64,000 bases of DNA from an uncultured Anaerolinea sp. (lineage in GTDB: Bacteria > Chloroflexota > Anaerolineae > Anaerolineales > Villigracilaceae). This document shows, in pieces, positions 63,085-64,000 of this stretch (position 1 is the first letter of the stretch; the number at the start of each line of letters is the position of its first letter). The stretch lies in the NCBI GenBank assembly GCA_964489725.1, contig CAZBAX010000005.1, positions 31,935 through 95,934 on the forward strand, in the 5' to 3' direction. The notes beneath the pieces are model-generated. The model was not told the DNA's origin. It searched no databases and was given only the letters and a program-made list of their open reading frames with translations. A program made the translations under genes and the position numbers.

Positions 63085-63696
63085 TTAGAGACTCATACTT
63101 TTTTCCATATTGCGGATCAGTTCCAGGTCTTCCGGCACGTCCAGGTCGAGCCCCAGCGATGGCAGGTTTACAACCTCGAGCCTTGCCCCGGCTTTCCTGA
63201 CCATCTCGCAATGCCGTTGAAACGAATTTTCTCCAAAGTCATATTCGATCAGACCGGAGGGTGAGATCAATAACGCATTGGTGCCCTTTTCATGTCTGTC
63301 GGGGGCGATCACTACTACGGGAGGCTCACCTGCCCGTTCGATCAATGTCAGCACGTCAATACGCGAGATTAAGGGCAGGTCGGCAGGAAGAACGAGTACT
63401 CCACGCGTCGCGTAAACCTGCGCAATGACAGTAGCGCGCTTGAGGGCTGTATTCAATTCCGGCTGCCCATCTTCGCGAACCGTGCGGGCGCCGTAATTGC
63501 GTGCGATCGTCAACGCCTGTGGGTCGCGACTGATCACCAGGACTTCTTCCAGTTCCTTCAGTTCAGAAAGAGTTTGTAGTGTGTGTTGTAAGAGTGTGCG
63601 GTTCAGTTCCGTTCGTTCATCTTCTGATAACGCTCCAGCCAGGCGAGACTTGCCACGCCGCAATGGCTTTACAGGAACAATTGCCCAAAGTGTCAT
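63085..63696 (-). CDS. cofC: 2-phospho-L-lactate (or PEP) guanylyltransferase, F420 biosynthesis
   Basis: WAIVPVKPL..GKSRLA..L...ER. Confidence 0.85.
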   Translation of the reverse strand: MTLWAIVPVKPLRRGKSRLAGALSEDERTELNRTLLQHTLQTLSELKELEEVLVISRDPQALTIARNYGARTVREDGQPELNTALKRATVIAQVYATRGVLVLPADLPLISRIDVLTLIERAGEPPVVVIAPDRHEKGTNALLISPSGLIEYDFGENSFQRHCEMVRKAGARLEVVNLPSLGLDLDVPEDLELIRNMEKSMSL

Positions 63697-64000
63697 ACCA
63701 TATTCCCAATGAAACTCAGAACCTCTTGCGCCAGTCGGATTCTATCATCATGACTCTTCATGAGAGTTTTCGTTACAGCAGTTTTAAACCCTAAACGCAT
63801 GATCTCTCCTTCCAGTTGCCTGTCAATTTCATCCAATACAAACCCAACGAGAAGTTCGCGATAATGACGTGCCACCGCGGCTGCAGTCGGTTCTATTCCC
63901 AGTTCGCGGTACATCTTTGCCGCCGGACCTTTGACCGTCTCGCCGCCGATGATGGGCGATACTGCAACGACGGGTTTTTCGATCCTCGGAAGGACTGTCA
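63693..64000 (-). CDS. cofD: 2-phospho-L-lactate transferase (C-terminal part; ORF runs off the right window edge)
   Basis: Manual translation upstream of the listed Met gives ...VAVSPIIGGETVKGPAAKMYRELG, the CofD C-terminal motif. The stop overlaps the cofC start. Confidence 0.8.
   Translation of the reverse strand, partial: TVLPRIEKPVVAVSPIIGGETVKGPAAKMYRELGIEPTAAAVARHYRELLVGFVLDEIDRQLEGEIMRLGFKTAVTKTLMKSHDDRIRLAQEVLSFIGNMV

Noticed and set aside
1-64000. Search for mobile genetic elements, prophage, defence systems (RM, TA, CBASS, retrons), biosynthetic clusters and in-frame-TGA selenoprotein genes.
   Set aside because: No transposase, integrase, reverse transcriptase, nuclease-helicase defence pair, cyclase-effector pair or PKS/NRPS-type gene is recognisable. 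The patatin gene (29057-29956) has no CBASS-like partner. No same-frame ORF pair split by TGA was seen. Only non-autonomous repeats are present.

Overview
This 64-kb window is moderately GC-rich bacterial chromosome. Gene content and repeat style fit an anaerobic, filamentous Chloroflexota (Anaerolineae-like) genome, but that is inference only. I call about 62 protein-coding genes. I found no rRNA or tRNA genes, no CRISPR array, and no transposase, integrase, reverse transcriptase or phage genes.

The coding content is mostly housekeeping and central metabolism:
- Carbon and energy metabolism: 2-oxoacid:ferredoxin oxidoreductase KorAB behind a GntR/FCD regulator, PEP carboxylase, 6-phosphofructokinase, ADP-forming acetyl-CoA synthetase, dodecin and a tungsten-type aldehyde:ferredoxin oxidoreductase.
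- Translation, tRNA modification and repair: SelA, TsaD, TsaC, PrmC, PrfA, ArfB and UvrC.
- Cell wall: an Slt-like lytic transglycosylase, a YkuD L,D-transpeptidase and the pgeF-yggS-yggT-yggU cluster.
- Thiol redox and cofactors: CcdA plus a glutaredoxin-like/DUF2085 fusion, and the F420 genes cofC/cofD with an LLM-class oxidoreductase.
- Signalling: a sugar-binding-domain GGDEF protein, two orphan CheY-like receivers and a Ser/Thr kinase.
- Secreted phosphoesterases: a 5'-nucleotidase and an EEP-family enzyme.

I did not find a convincing new multi-gene system such as defence, secretion or a biosynthetic cluster. The most interesting unexplained signals are these:
1. At least four families of short, highly structured intergenic repeats occur at very high density. 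One nested-palindrome family has 9 copies.
2. Twelve genes share the same promoter layout: a TATAAT-like hexamer 6-10 nt upstream of a homology-supported start codon with no Shine-Dalgarno, implying widespread leaderless mRNAs.
3. Three tandem genes encode N-terminally anchored, almost purely Pro/Thr low-complexity proteins, including a perfect 15-nt tandem array, next to an orphan response regulator.
4. A near-consensus promoter drives a roughly 295-nt leader ahead of a secreted 5'-nucleotidase, and that leader shares a 30-nt motif with the region upstream of a second secreted phosphoesterase.
5. An unannotated 48-codon membrane ORF is wedged between a response regulator gene and prfA.

All coordinates derive from the supplied ORF track plus manual counting. 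Alternative starts and all RNA and repeat calls are unverified by any search.
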